Assembly: GCA_041752695.1 (NCBI GenBank)
Contig: JBGSVZ010000042.1
Location: 22,064-86,063 of the forward strand
Length of the DNA stretch: 64,000 bases
From: Terrimicrobiaceae bacterium
GTDB taxonomy: Bacteria; Verrucomicrobiota; Verrucomicrobiia; Chthoniobacterales; Terrimicrobiaceae
Direction of reading: 5' to 3'
Below the pieces are notes generated by a model. The model was not told where the DNA came from, did no database searches, and saw nothing but the letters and a program-made list of their open reading frames with translations. Position numbers and translations under genes: made by a program. Shown here one piece after another: positions 8,876 to 18,956 of this stretch (positions within the stretch are counted from its first letter, which is position 1; each line of letters opens with the position of its first letter).

Positions 8876-10753
8876 ATGCACGAAGAACTCCAACAAGCTG
8901 TTGATGCTGGAAAACTCTCCACCCAGGCCGCCGAGGCCCTCGAACGGCTCACTCCCGGGGCCTTCTGTCTCCACAAAAGCTGGGGATTCGGCCAGGTGTC
9001 GGAGTGGAGCCTCCTCACCGGCCAGTTGATCATTAATTTCCAGACGAAGAAGGGTCATCCCATGCAGGCCCAGTACGCCGGCGAGGCTCTCACCGCCATC
9101 CCGAACGAGCACATCCTCGCCCGCAAAGCCACCGATCCTGCCGCGGTCAAGGCGGCCGCCCTTGCCGACCCCGTGGCCCTCACCCGCGATATTCTCCGCG
9201 ACCACGGCGGACGGGCCACCGCCGATCAAATCGCCGGAGCCCTCACGCCGGAAATTTTCGACACAGCGGGCTTTAAAAAATGGTGGGACTCGGCCAAGAA
9301 AAAACTCAAGACCGACGGCCATTTTCAGCTTCCCACGAAAAAAACCGAGCCCTTCGTGCTCCTCGATGCCCCCACCGATCCCGGCAAGGGGCTCATCGAA
9401 AAATTCCGCGGCGCGCGGCATTTGAAGGATCAGGTCGCCGCCCTCGACCAGATCACCAAGGCCCTGGGAGATTTCGCCCACGAAGTCGAGGAACTCCAGT
9501 CGCTCGCCGCCCAGATTGAGGACGCCGCCACCAAGGGGCGCAAGTTGCAATCGGCCCAGGCCATCGAACTCCTCATCGCTCGCGACGAGATTCTCGCCCG
9601 CCATGACGCCCTCAAACCCGGCGAAAATGCGCCTGGCGTCGCCGACATTCTGCGCGGGGAACAATCCCGTCTGCCCGAACTCTTCGCCTCCATCCCGGCC
9701 TCCAAACAACGCCGCGCGCTGGAACAATTCCAGACCGCCTTCGGGGACCGCTGGCTTGATGTCATCTTTCGCCTCGCCCAGCAATCGCCTGCCCGCCTGG
9801 TGGTGGAAATTTCCCGCCTCCTGGAAAAGGAAGGTCTCAAGGAGGAAATGCGCTCCGCCCTCGCCCGCTGGATTAGCGAACGCTCCGCTTCCTCCGAAAT
9901 CCTTATCTGGCTCTGCAAAGAACGCGGCGCGGGCTTCCCGGAACTCTTCGACTCCAATTTGCTCAACACCGTCTTCAGCGCCCTCGAGCGCGATCAGCTC
10001 GACGAAAAACGCGGCACCCGCCTCAAGGATCTGCTTTTCGAGGACCGGGAACTCATTGCAGAGCTCCTGGAAACCGCGGAACACGATGTCGTCCGCGACA
10101 CGCTGCGCCGCCTGCTCATGACCCCCGTCTTTGAAGATCTGAGCAAACGCTCGCTCATCGCGCGCATTGTGAAGGTTTATCCGGAGATGCAGTCGATGAT
10201 CACCGGCGGCGACAACGCCGAAAAACAGGAAACGCTCACGGTGTCCTGGGCCAGCCTCGAAAAGCGCAAAGAGGAATACGAGGACCTGATCACCCGCCAG
10301 ATCCCGGAGAACATCCGGGACATCGCCATCGCGAAGGAAGAAGGCGACTTGCGGGAAAACTTCGGTTTTAAAGCCGCCAAGGAGCAACAGCGCGTGCTGG
10401 CGCGCCGCCGCGCGGAATCCGAGCGCGATCTGGGCATCGCCCGCGGAACGAACTTCGAGAACCCCGACACGACCCAAGTCTCCATTGGCACCGTCATCAC
10501 CATCCGGGACGCGGCGGGCGCGGAGGAAAACTACAGCATTCTGGGTGCCTGGGACAGCGCTCCGGAACTCGGCGTCGTCTCCTACAAAGCCGCCATTGGC
10601 CAGGCCACGCTTGGCAAGAAGGTCGGCGAGACCGTAGAGCTCCCCAGTGAGTTCGGACGGCGCACGGTCACCATCACCCGCATCGAGCCGTACACCGACC
10701 TCGAAGCCCTGCGCGAGAAGGTTCACCACCTCGCCGCGCCCGTCGGCGCATAG
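8876..10753 (+). CDS. greA: GreA/GreB-family transcription elongation factor with long N-terminal extension
   Basis: C-terminal EEGDLRENFGFKAAKEQQ, VSIGT, YSILGAWD, SYKAAIGQATLGKKVGE. Confidence 0.88.
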   Translation: MHEELQQAVDAGKLSTQAAEALERLTPGAFCLHKSWGFGQVSEWSLLTGQLIINFQTKKGHPMQAQYAGEALTAIPNEHILARKATDPAAVKAAALADPVALTRDILRDHGGRATADQIAGALTPEIFDTAGFKKWWDSAKKKLKTDGHFQLPTKKTEPFVLLDAPTDPGKGLIEKFRGARHLKDQVAALDQITKALGDFAHEVEELQSLAAQIEDAATKGRKLQSAQAIELLIARDEILARHDALKPGENAPGVADILRGEQSRLPELFASIPASKQRRALEQFQTAFGDRWLDVIFRLAQQSPARLVVEISRLLEKEGLKEEMRSALARWISERSASSEILIWLCKERGAGFPELFDSNLLNTVFSALERDQLDEKRGTRLKDLLFEDRELIAELLETAEHDVVRDTLRRLLMTPVFEDLSKRSLIARIVKVYPEMQSMITGGDNAEKQETLTVSWASLEKRKEEYEDLITRQIPENIRDIAIAKEEGDLRENFGFKAAKEQQRVLARRRAESERDLGIARGTNFENPDTTQVSIGTVITIRDAAGAEENYSILGAWDSAPELGVVSYKAAIGQATLGKKVGETVELPSEFGRRTVTITRIEPYTDLEALREKVHHLAAPVGA

Positions 10754-10770
10754 GTCGGATTGGCCTCATG

Positions 10771-10807
10771 GGAAAAGCAGGCGGGCCACGCCTGCTTTTC
10801 CATTTTG
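10771..10807 (+). terminator. Probable intrinsic terminator
   Basis: Perfect 13-bp stem GGAAAAGCAGGCG / CGCCTGCTTTTCC followed by ATTTT, just after the greA stop. Confidence 0.7.
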
Positions 10808-10840
10808 CGTTTTCCCGGATTCGAGGCTAGCCTCTCCCGC

Positions 10841-11275
10841 ATGAAAATTCTTCCTGTCGCCGCTGCGCTCCTTCTTTCCCTGGTATCCCTCATGGCCAAA
10901 CCCGGCTGGAGCGAAGACTACGCCGCCAGCCTCGCCAAAGCCAAGACGGAGGGCAAAATGGTTCTCCTGGATTTCACCGGTTCGGACTGGTGCGGATGGT
11001 GCATCAAAATTGACGACGAGATCTTCTCCAAACCCGCCTTCAAGGCCTACGCCAAGGAGAACCTCGAACTGGTGGAACTCGATTTTCCCCGCGGCAAGTC
11101 CCTTCCCGCGAAAGTGAAGGCTCAGAACGATAAACTCATGCAGGAATACGGTATCGAGGGATTTCCCACCATCATCGTTCTGAACTCCAAGGGTAAAAAA
11201 ATCGGCGAACTGGGCTACATGGAAGGCGGCCCGGAGGCTTTCATTGCCGAGCTGAAAAAGCTGAAAAATAATTAA
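10841..11275 (+). CDS. Exported thioredoxin-fold protein (DsbH-like)
   Basis: Signal peptide, FTGSDWCGWC active site, GFPT cis-Pro loop. Confidence 0.88.
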   Translation: MKILPVAAALLLSLVSLMAKPGWSEDYAASLAKAKTEGKMVLLDFTGSDWCGWCIKIDDEIFSKPAFKAYAKENLELVELDFPRGKSLPAKVKAQNDKLMQEYGIEGFPTIIVLNSKGKKIGELGYMEGGPEAFIAELKKLKNN

Positions 11276-11322
11276 CCAGCGGTTTTCCCCCGCTGACCCA
11301 CCGGATTTCCTCCGGAGGTTCG

Positions 11323-11356
11323 CGGATTGACAATCCGTCCATCGGGGCAGTTTGAT
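11323..11356 (+). promoter_or_regulatory. Candidate dapB promoter with a palindrome over the -35 box
   Basis: CGGATTG-A-CAATCCG (11323-11337) contains TTGACA; weak -10 (TTTGAT) 18 bp downstream. Confidence 0.4.
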
Positions 11357-11367
11357 GCCCCGTTCTT

Positions 11368-12135
11368 ATGAGTTCCCACGAACCGCCTTCCGCCGCCCAA
11401 CCCCTGCGTCTTCTCATCAACGGCGCAAAGGGACGTATGGGGCAGGCATTGATCAGCTGCGCCACCGCCGACCCAGCCCTCCTCGTTTCGGCCGCGATTG
11501 ACGCCGGCGACGACTTTGCGGGGGCTCTGGCTGGATGTGATGCCGTGATTGATTTCACCCACGCGGACACCACCGCGCGAGTCGCCGAAGCTTGCGGGCA
11601 GGCCGAAAAGATCCTCGTCATCGGCACAACCGGACAGGACAACCCCGCTCGCGCCGTCGTCACGGAATGGTCCCGTCAGATTCCGATCGTTTTCGCGCCG
11701 AACTACAGCGTCGGCGTGAACACCCTCTTCTGGCTCACGCAAAAAGCCGCGGAGATCCTTGGGCCGGACTTCGACCTTGAAGTCGTGGAAATGCACCACC
11801 GCCTGAAAAAAGACGCCCCCAGCGGCACGGCCCGCCGTCTGGCCGAGATCCTGGCGGATGTGCGCCAGCTGCAATATGACTCCGATGTGCGCCACGGGCG
11901 GGAGGGAATGGTGGGCGAACGCACCACTACCGAAATTGGCATGCACGCCATCCGCGGCGGGGACGTGGTGGGCGACCACACGGTCATTTACGCAAACGTG
12001 GGCGAACGCGTGGAATTGACCCACAAGGCTTCCAGCCGCGACACCTTCGCCACCGGGGCCCTCCGTGCCGCCAAATGGGCGACCGGGCGTCCTCCCGGGC
12101 TCTACGACATGCAGGATGTCCTGGGTCTGAAGTAG
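11368..12135 (+). CDS. dapB: 4-hydroxy-tetrahydrodipicolinate reductase
   Basis: GAKGRMG, IDFT, IGTTG, EMHHRLKKDAPSGTA, RGGDVVGDH. Confidence 0.97.
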   Translation: MSSHEPPSAAQPLRLLINGAKGRMGQALISCATADPALLVSAAIDAGDDFAGALAGCDAVIDFTHADTTARVAEACGQAEKILVIGTTGQDNPARAVVTEWSRQIPIVFAPNYSVGVNTLFWLTQKAAEILGPDFDLEVVEMHHRLKKDAPSGTARRLAEILADVRQLQYDSDVRHGREGMVGERTTTEIGMHAIRGGDVVGDHTVIYANVGERVELTHKASSRDTFATGALRAAKWATGRPPGLYDMQDVLGLK

Positions 12136-12176
12136 CTTTTCCTTGCTTCACCCGCCACCCGCGCCACGCTCCATCC

Positions 12177-12686
12177 ATGACCATGAAGGCGGGCATCGCA
12201 CTCGGTTCCAACCTGGAACCCCGTCTCCTGAACCTCCAGGCCGCGCGCCGCAAGGTCTTCGCGCTCCATCATTCCCCCGCTCCGGTGATCTGCTCGAAGG
12301 TCTATGAAACGTCGCCCGTGGACTGTCCCGAGGGTTCGCAGCCGTTCCTCAATGCGGTTCTTGAAATTACCACGGACCTCTCCCCTCCAGCTCTGCTGCA
12401 CCGCCTGCAAGAGTTTGAAACCGAACTCGGGCGGCCCCTCGAACATGCCCGAAATGCTCCCAGGACGGTTGACCTCGACCTCCTTTACTGCGACAATTTG
12501 ACCCTTGAGACGCCCAACCTTATCCTGCCGCATCCGCGAATTACGGAACGCCTGTTTGTCCTGAAACCCCTCTGTGACATCCGGCCGGATTTGATTCTGC
12601 CTCATTTGACCCAGACCGTGGTGGAGCTTCTACAGACATGGGATTCCCCCGGTTCTGCGAAGATCTATTGTCATACAATTTACTGA
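12177..12686 (+). CDS. folK: 2-amino-4-hydroxy-6-hydroxymethyldihydropteridine diphosphokinase
   Basis: IALGSNL, YET.P, FLNAV, PRTVDLDLL, LPHPRITERLFVLKPL. Confidence 0.96.
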   Translation: MTMKAGIALGSNLEPRLLNLQAARRKVFALHHSPAPVICSKVYETSPVDCPEGSQPFLNAVLEITTDLSPPALLHRLQEFETELGRPLEHARNAPRTVDLDLLYCDNLTLETPNLILPHPRITERLFVLKPLCDIRPDLILPHLTQTVVELLQTWDSPGSAKIYCHTIY

Positions 12687-12727
12687 TGGCCAGTGATTTA
12701 TCTTTTGTTTTTACCAATATTTTTTAA

Positions 12728-13498
12728 GTGAATCTTCCTCTCGAATCGTTCCGCACCTTGAAGCAGCGAAAGCACCAGTTTGCCTCGCTGACGGCTTACG
12801 ACTACCCGATGGGTCGGCTATTGGACGGGCTGGATCTGGACTTCATTCTGGTGGGCGATTCCCTCGGGATGGTCGTGCTTGGGCATCCGGACACCACCCA
12901 AGTAACGTTGGACAATATGGCACACCACACCCGGGCGGTGGCAAATGGAGCGAGCCAGACGCTGATTGTAGCGGACCTTCCGGCACACACCGCAGATACA
13001 CCGGAGGCCGCGGTGCGGAATGCCTGTGTGTTGCGCGAGGCCGGGGCAGGCGCCGTCAAACTGGAAGGGGGCACCGAGATGCTGCCTTCGATCCAGGCGA
13101 TCCTGGCCGAGGGCATTCCGGTGCTTGGCCACATAGGGATGCTGCCTCAGAGGGTCCGGGAGGAAGGCGGGTATCGCATCAAAGGCAAAACCCCCCAGCA
13201 AGCCGACCAACTCACCGAGGATGCACGGGCTTTGGATGATGCCGGGGTTTTCGCCATGGTTCTCGAGCTGGTCTCCCCTGCCCTCGCGGAAACCATTTCC
13301 CGCGACGTAAAAAGCCCGACCATCGGCATCGGCAGCGGCCAGGGCTGTGATGGTCAGATTTTGGTCACTTACGATCTGCTCGGAATGTTTCCCTGGTTTA
13401 AGCCGCGTTTCGTCACTCCCAAGGTCAATCTCGCCGAGCAGATCCAATCCGCCGTCTCGGAGTTTGTCCGGGAGACCCGTGCCGCGAAAGCGGACTGA
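12728..13498 (+). CDS. panB: 3-methyl-2-oxobutanoate hydroxymethyltransferase
   Basis: LTAYD, LVGDSLGM, VKLEGG, GHIGMLPQ, IGIGSG..CDGQILV. Confidence 0.97.
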   Translation: MNLPLESFRTLKQRKHQFASLTAYDYPMGRLLDGLDLDFILVGDSLGMVVLGHPDTTQVTLDNMAHHTRAVANGASQTLIVADLPAHTADTPEAAVRNACVLREAGAGAVKLEGGTEMLPSIQAILAEGIPVLGHIGMLPQRVREEGGYRIKGKTPQQADQLTEDARALDDAGVFAMVLELVSPALAETISRDVKSPTIGIGSGQGCDGQILVTYDLLGMFPWFKPRFVTPKVNLAEQIQSAVSEFVRETRAAKAD

Positions 13499-13541
13499 GC
13501 CGTTTACGCCGCCGCCGAAATCTGCTACGCCGTCTCTCCGC

Positions 13542-13931
13542 ATGAAATCGTTTTTTCTTTTTCTCTGCCTTTTGCCGCTGGTTTCCTTCGCTGAACTCCC
13601 ACCGTCGGCCTACGAAAGCATGCAGGCCAAGGCGCCGGAACTGCTGAAAATCGAAGTCCTCCGTGTGGACGTCTCCCCGGGGGAAACGGCCGCCGATCAG
13701 GTCGTGCACGTGGTTGCCATGGTCACGGAGGTCGTTCGCACCGCCTCCGACCTCAAACCGGACGAGATCATCAACATTTATTACACCATCACGGAGCGCC
13801 CCAAGGGGTGGGTCGGGCCGGGAGCCATCCCGCTGCTGCAAGATAAACAGCAAACCGTCGCTTACCTCTCCAAGGGAGAAACCGGCGACTTCAAGCCCGA
13901 AGCGGGCCGGATGAGCTTCAGCAATTTTTAG
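13542..13931 (+). CDS. Hypothetical exported protein
   Basis: Signal peptide MKSFFLFLCLLPLVSFA; ORF fills the gap between panB and the CDF gene. Confidence 0.7.
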   Translation: MKSFFLFLCLLPLVSFAELPPSAYESMQAKAPELLKIEVLRVDVSPGETAADQVVHVVAMVTEVVRTASDLKPDEIINIYYTITERPKGWVGPGAIPLLQDKQQTVAYLSKGETGDFKPEAGRMSFSNF

Positions 13932-13952
13932 CCCCCCACCGGGCACATTCTC

Positions 13953-14861
13953 GTGAAGTCCCTCGAAAGCCGGGCGCAAGAGGGTCGGAAGCTCATCCTG
14001 ACGGGCGTTGCCGCCAACATCGTCCTCGCGCTGGCGAAAATCCTCGGGGGCATCTTTGGCCGGTCCAACGCGCTGATTGCCGACGGCATCGAGTCCTCCC
14101 TCGATGTCCTCAGTTCGGGCATGATGTGGCTGGCGGTGAAATACGCCGGACGTCCGCCAGACCGCGACCACCCTTACGGCCATGGGAAGATGGAGTCGCT
14201 CGCTGCGGTGGCGGGATCGCTCATCCTGATTCTGGCCGGCGTCGCTCTGGGGATTCACAGCGTGAAGGAGATCATTCTCCTCAGTCAAAAATCCCACGCT
14301 ACAGATGTCCCGGCTCTCTTCACCCTGATCATTCTCGCAGTGACCATTGTGACCAAGGAACTGCTTTTCCGCTGGTTTCACCGGCGGGGCGGCGAGATTG
14401 GGAGCCGAGCTGTGCAGGCCGACGCCCTGCACCACCGTTCCGACGCCATCACGTCGCTGGCGGCTCTCTTGGGCATCACGGCGGCGCTGGTCGGCGGTCC
14501 CGCCTGGGCCCAAGCGGACGACTGGGCGGCATTGTTTTCCTGCGGAATCATCGTGTACAACGGCCTGGCCATGTTGCGCGGAGCCATGGGCGACATTCTC
14601 GACGAGCAGGAGTCCTCCGATATTACGGAAAAAATCCTCGCGCTAGTCCTTGAGGTGCCGGGCGTAACCAGCGTCGAAAAGTGCCGCGTGCGCAAAAGCG
14701 GCCTCGCCCGCCTCGCCGATCTTCACGTCCGGGTCGCGGGAGATCGCACCGTCCGCGAAGGTCACGCCATCGCTCACCTCGTCAAAGACACCTTGCTCGA
14801 AGTCTCCGCCCTCCAGCTGGGCGATGTGACGGTCCACATCGAACCTGAGAAGCAGGCCTGA
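13953..14861 (+). CDS. Cation diffusion facilitator family transporter (FieF-like)
   Basis: SNALIADGIES, PPDRDHPYGHGKME, ADALHHRSD, C-terminal VHIEP. Confidence 0.93.
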   Translation: MKSLESRAQEGRKLILTGVAANIVLALAKILGGIFGRSNALIADGIESSLDVLSSGMMWLAVKYAGRPPDRDHPYGHGKMESLAAVAGSLILILAGVALGIHSVKEIILLSQKSHATDVPALFTLIILAVTIVTKELLFRWFHRRGGEIGSRAVQADALHHRSDAITSLAALLGITAALVGGPAWAQADDWAALFSCGIIVYNGLAMLRGAMGDILDEQESSDITEKILALVLEVPGVTSVEKCRVRKSGLARLADLHVRVAGDRTVREGHAIAHLVKDTLLEVSALQLGDVTVHIEPEKQA

Positions 14862-14864
14862 GCC

Positions 14865-15965
14865 CTATCGCACCACTTTGCGGTGGATCCAGACGCTTTG
14901 CAGGATCCCCATGCAGAAAAGCGTGATCATCAAAAACGATCCGCCGTAGCTGATAAATGGCAGCGGCAGCCCAGTGATGGGCGTCACAGAAATGGTCATG
15001 CCGATGTTCATGAACGTGTGGGTGAAGAGCAACAGGACAATCCCGACGGACAGCAACCTCCCCAAGTCATCATCCGACTCGAGCGCCACGTAGAGCATCA
15101 CCGCAAAAAAGAGGGCGAAGGCCCCGATGAGAATTACGCCCCCCACGAAACCGTGCTGTTCGCCCAGAACGGAGAAAATGAAGTCATTGTGAACGATGGT
15201 GGACGGCAGGAATCCCAGCTCGTTCTGGGTGTTCGGGGCCTTAAACCCCTTGCCATTCATCCCGCCGGAACCGATGGCGATCAGGGACTGATTAATGTTC
15301 CAACCGTCCCCCTGCGGATCATTTTCCGGATTCAGAAAGGTCGTGATGCGTCGATACTGGTATTCCTTCAGGCCAAAATACACCACCAGCGGCAGCATGG
15401 CCAACGCCACGATGAGCATGGATATCAGCCAGCGTTTCGGCACTCCGCCGATGAACATCATGGCGAGAACCACCGGTACCCAGACAATGCAGGATCCCAG
15501 ATCGGGTTGGATCAGGATCATCACCCAGGGCGCGCCCACGATGGCGGCGCAGGCCAGAATGCGCAGGAAGGGCATGGTTTTTTTCGAAGCCTCCAGATAA
15601 ACCGCAATCGTCATTACCCCCGCCACAATGGCCAATTGCGAGGGCTGAAAATTCATCACGCCAAGGTCGAGCCAGCTCCGGGCGCCAAAGCGTTTTTCGC
15701 CCACCACCATCACCGCGACGAGCGCGAGGATACTGATGACATAAAGCGGCACCGCCCCGATGCGAATCCAGCGGTAGTCCACCAGCGAAACGATAAAATA
15801 CAGCGGCAGGCAAAGGAGGAGCCAGATCGACTGCGACGTCCAGAAGCTGTTCGTGCGCATCCAGGTCGCGCTGTAGATCGCGTAGATCCCAAACACGAGA
15901 AATCCGACCATCAGCAGGAACAACAGCCAGTTCATGCCGAGAAATTTTCGGAGCAGGGAATGCAT
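14865..15965 (-). CDS. rodA: SEDS-family peptidoglycan glycosyltransferase RodA
   Basis: GARSW, FQPSQLA, QPDLG, IAIGSGG, HNDFIFS, PITGLPLPFISYGGS. Confidence 0.9.
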   Translation of the reverse strand: MHSLLRKFLGMNWLLFLLMVGFLVFGIYAIYSATWMRTNSFWTSQSIWLLLCLPLYFIVSLVDYRWIRIGAVPLYVISILALVAVMVVGEKRFGARSWLDLGVMNFQPSQLAIVAGVMTIAVYLEASKKTMPFLRILACAAIVGAPWVMILIQPDLGSCIVWVPVVLAMMFIGGVPKRWLISMLIVALAMLPLVVYFGLKEYQYRRITTFLNPENDPQGDGWNINQSLIAIGSGGMNGKGFKAPNTQNELGFLPSTIVHNDFIFSVLGEQHGFVGGVILIGAFALFFAVMLYVALESDDDLGRLLSVGIVLLLFTHTFMNIGMTISVTPITGLPLPFISYGGSFLMITLFCMGILQSVWIHRKVVR

Positions 15966-15979
15966 AAACCGCGAATTAC

Positions 15980-16768
15980 CTACGCGAATTGCGGAACCGC
16001 CGCCAGCAGGGTTTTTGTGTATTCGTGCTGGGGATTTTCGTAAATCTGCGCCGCAGGGGCCGCTTCCACAATTTTGCCATGGTGCATGACCATAACGAAG
16101 TCGCTGATATGCTCCACCACCGCCAAATCGTGTGCAATGAAGAGGTAGGAAATCCCCAGTTCCTGCTGCAGGTCTTCCAGCAGATTGACAATCTGAGCCT
16201 GCACACTCACATCCAAGGCGCTCACCGGTTCGTCACAGACGATGAACCGGGGTTTCACCGCCAACGCCCGCGCGATGCCGATTCGCTGCCGCTGCCCGCC
16301 GCTGAATTCATGAGGATACCGCCGCGCCATCTCCGGTTTCAAGCCGACCTGTTTGAGCAACTCCTCCACCCGGTCACGACGCTCGGAAGCTTTCATTTTG
16401 GGAAAATGAATCTCCAGCGCCTCGGCGATGATCGCCCCGCAGGTCATGCGCGGATTGAGCGAACCGAAGGGGTCCTGAAAAATCATCTGCATCTCGCTCC
16501 GCAGCGGACGAAGCTGACGCTCGCTCATGGGCAGGATGTCTTTGCCGTCGAACGTCACCGACCCGGAGGTCGCGGTAAGAAGCTTCATCAGGGCCCGGCC
16601 GACGGTAGTCTTTCCGCTCCCGCTTTCGCCGACCAGGCCGACGGTCTGACCGGCCTCGACGGTGAAACTCACCCCGTCCACCGCCTTCACATCGTCAACC
16701 TTGCGCCGCAGCACCCCGCCCAGAACGGGAAACCACACACGCAGATCCTTCACTTCCAACAATGCCAT
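15980..16768 (-). CDS. Peptide ABC transporter ATP-binding subunit (OppF/DppF-like)
   Basis: [42 protein letters not shown]. Confidence 0.93.
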   Translation of the reverse strand: MALLEVKDLRVWFPVLGGVLRRKVDDVKAVDGVSFTVEAGQTVGLVGESGSGKTTVGRALMKLLTATSGSVTFDGKDILPMSERQLRPLRSEMQMIFQDPFGSLNPRMTCGAIIAEALEIHFPKMKASERRDRVEELLKQVGLKPEMARRYPHEFSGGQRQRIGIARALAVKPRFIVCDEPVSALDVSVQAQIVNLLEDLQQELGISYLFIAHDLAVVEHISDFVMVMHHGKIVEAAPAAQIYENPQHEYTKTLLAAVPQFA

Positions 16769-16798
16769 CGCATCAAAGTGTCCCGCCGCCCCGAAAAA

Positions 16799-17398
16799 TC
16801 AAGCGTTGGCCTTCTGGGCGATCAGATAAACATGGTTTTCCGGGAACTGATCATATTCCACATGCCGGCAAAAGCAGCCGCAGTCTGCCAGCACGCGCAG
16901 ATACCCATCCACCCCCAGGGTGCTGTAGCCAAAGTCCTCGTCCCAAAATGATCCAGTGATCTCGCCGGGTCCCGTGCCCCCGCAGGTGAAAAGCAGCACT
17001 CCCCCGGGAGCAAGCGCCGCACAGAGCTTTCGCGTGACCGGGGCCTGACTGGCCATGGGCAGATGGAAGGTGCTATCCCACGCCGTCACCAGATCAAACT
17101 GCTCCGCCGGCCCCCACTCGGAGATGTCCCCAACGTGAAAAGTCGCCCGCGGGTTTCGCTCACGAGCCATGGCAATCATTGCGGAAGAAATATCCACCGC
17201 CTCGGCCGAAAACCCCTCCGCCTCGAAACGCGACAGAAAACGTCCGGTGCTCCCGCAGCCCACGTCAAGCGCCCGGCCTCGGCTTTTGACAAACCGCAAT
17301 GCGCGTTCGAGTTGGTTGAGGCCGTACGTGTCGGGCGTCTCTTCCTGCCAGCGACGCGCCAGGCGATCATAAGCTTCTCCGGTTTTTTGAGGAGTCAT
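16799..17398 (-). CDS. Class I SAM-dependent methyltransferase
   Basis: ALDVGCGSTG, VDISSAMI, LAPGGVL; start at MTPQKTG inferred. Confidence 0.88.
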   Translation of the reverse strand: MTPQKTGEAYDRLARRWQEETPDTYGLNQLERALRFVKSRGRALDVGCGSTGRFLSRFEAEGFSAEAVDISSAMIAMARERNPRATFHVGDISEWGPAEQFDLVTAWDSTFHLPMASQAPVTRKLCAALAPGGVLLFTCGGTGPGEITGSFWDEDFGYSTLGVDGYLRVLADCGCFCRHVEYDQFPENHVYLIAQKANA

Positions 17399-17503
17399 GA
17401 CAAAACCCTGGCCGCACTCCCGAGTCCGTGCAAGTCCTCCGCCGACACCATCGCGATGAATTCTTGCCCGCACGCCCAACCTGGCCGAACCTACGGTCTG
17501 CGC

Positions 17504-18301
17504 ATGCCCCTTCGAATCCCGCCCATCCTGGCCGCTTTTGTCATGGCCCTCGCCTCCGCTCATGCCGAGGAGGCTTCCGTCTTCGGCACCCGTGAAGCCA
17601 GCGAGACCGCCCTCATTGGCATTCTTTACGATCTGAAGCAGGACCAAAACCTCAAGTCCAAGCAGATGGATGTTCCCACCTATGGCAAGGTGGTGGACGA
17701 GTTTCTGGCCAAGGGCTGGGACGAAAGTGTCCTCAATCGCTACTACCGCGTCACCCGCCCGCTTTACACCACCCAGCTCTTTATTCCCCTGATTGCCGCC
17801 GACGCCGCGCCCAAGGCGTTCGGGGTCGAAAAGATCGTCAAACCCAGTTTCTGGCTGATTCATTACAAAGGTCAGGTCAGCGCCCCATCCGATGGCGAGT
17901 GGCGCTTTTGGGGCAATGGGGAAGAAGTTTGCAGCGTGGCCGTCGACGGCAGGCCCGTCCTGTTGGCCAACTGGAAGGAAATCACCACGCCCACCGTGGG
18001 ATGGAAATCTCCGGAACCTCCCGGCCGCAAGGTGGCCAATTCTCAGATCCGTGCGGGGGACTGGATTTCCCTGAAAAAAGGCCAGGTCGTGGACCTCGAC
18101 GTCCTCATCGGCGAACGTGCCGGTGGGGTTTTCTGCGCGTTTTTAATGATTGAAAAAAAAGGCGAGTCCTACCCCGAGGAGGACGGCCACCCGGTGTTCC
18201 CTGTCTTCCAACTTGGGCCTTTTGCGACGCCCCAGCCGAAGAGCACAAAAACCGGCCCGCCGATTTTGCCAGACGGTCCGATCTGGAAAGCCGTGCAGTA
18301 G
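17504..18301 (+). CDS. Exported hypothetical protein with possible PA14-like beta domain
   Basis: Signal peptide ending ASAHA; YKGQVSAPSDGEWRFWG...IGERAGG pattern. Confidence 0.65.
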   Translation: MPLRIPPILAAFVMALASAHAEEASVFGTREASETALIGILYDLKQDQNLKSKQMDVPTYGKVVDEFLAKGWDESVLNRYYRVTRPLYTTQLFIPLIAADAAPKAFGVEKIVKPSFWLIHYKGQVSAPSDGEWRFWGNGEEVCSVAVDGRPVLLANWKEITTPTVGWKSPEPPGRKVANSQIRAGDWISLKKGQVVDLDVLIGERAGGVFCAFLMIEKKGESYPEEDGHPVFPVFQLGPFATPQPKSTKTGPPILPDGPIWKAVQ

Positions 18302-18311
18302 AAGCGGATTT

Positions 18312-18857
18312 CTATCCGGCCAAAGGCTCGAACGTCTCGAGCAACTCGGAGAGGACCACCACCAGATTCGCCGAAGTTTTCAGTCCTGCACCCAGCGTCT
18401 GCGCCGTGGCGGCAACCTCCACCCGGATGCCTCTGCGCCGCAACTGCAACGCCAGATGGGAGAAATCGGCGTCGCCGGTCACCAGCACCACCACGTCAGG
18501 ATTCATCACGAGAGAAAGTTCCATGGCATCGACCGCCATCAGCACATCCACGTTCGCTTTATAATGGGTCTCGGCGGCCGGAGAGCCATCCTTCGCCATC
18601 ACCAAAAAACCATGCGAGCGCAGCCAATGCAGGAATTTATTCTTCCGGTCGCGCTCCGCCTGCCACTCCGCCATCGCGGGAGGCAGTCCGGCATAAATCA
18701 CCGTCTCCACCAACTCGCGCCCGGCCACGAGAAATTCCTGCAATTTGAGCCAGTCCAGCTTGCGATTGGCCGCCTTGGCAGAAGTCGTGACATTGGATTC
18801 ATCGACGAGGACCAGGACCCGCGGGGCCGCCGGGGGCGGAGAAAGGGAACGTTTCAT
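18312..18857 (-). CDS. NYN-domain (LabA/DUF88, PIN-like) protein
   Basis: VLVDESNV, KANVDVLMAVD, VTGDADF, GIRVEV, with the acidic residues retained. Confidence 0.9.
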   Translation of the reverse strand: MKRSLSPPPAAPRVLVLVDESNVTTSAKAANRKLDWLKLQEFLVAGRELVETVIYAGLPPAMAEWQAERDRKNKFLHWLRSHGFLVMAKDGSPAAETHYKANVDVLMAVDAMELSLVMNPDVVVLVTGDADFSHLALQLRRRGIRVEVAATAQTLGAGLKTSANLVVVLSELLETFEPLAG

Positions 18858-18956
18858 GAGGATTCAGCATGCCCGCAAATTTGACAGGGAACGAGCGGAA
18901 ATTCTTCCCCGCCCTCAGCGCGAACAGTGGCCTCCCGAAAGAATCGTCGCCCGCAC

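Noticed and set aside
7618..9033. Extended starts of agmatine deiminase (9033) and greA (8660) implying a large overlap
   Set aside because: RBS-preceded starts at 8670 and 8876 remove the overlap
8858..10729. 623-aa ORF antisense to greA, and similar long shadow ORFs (e.g. 667-1983, 31423-32979, 50429-52105, 58906-60747)
   Set aside because: They lie opposite clearly recognisable genes and have no motifs; long antisense ORFs are expected in high-GC DNA
16799..17863. 354-aa methyltransferase as given in the ORF track
   Set aside because: The N-terminal 154 aa overlap the divergent gene and have no motifs; a start at 17398 is more plausible
18312..18857. NYN gene as a toxin-antitoxin or anti-phage system
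   Set aside because: No antitoxin-like or defence-associated neighbours are recognisable
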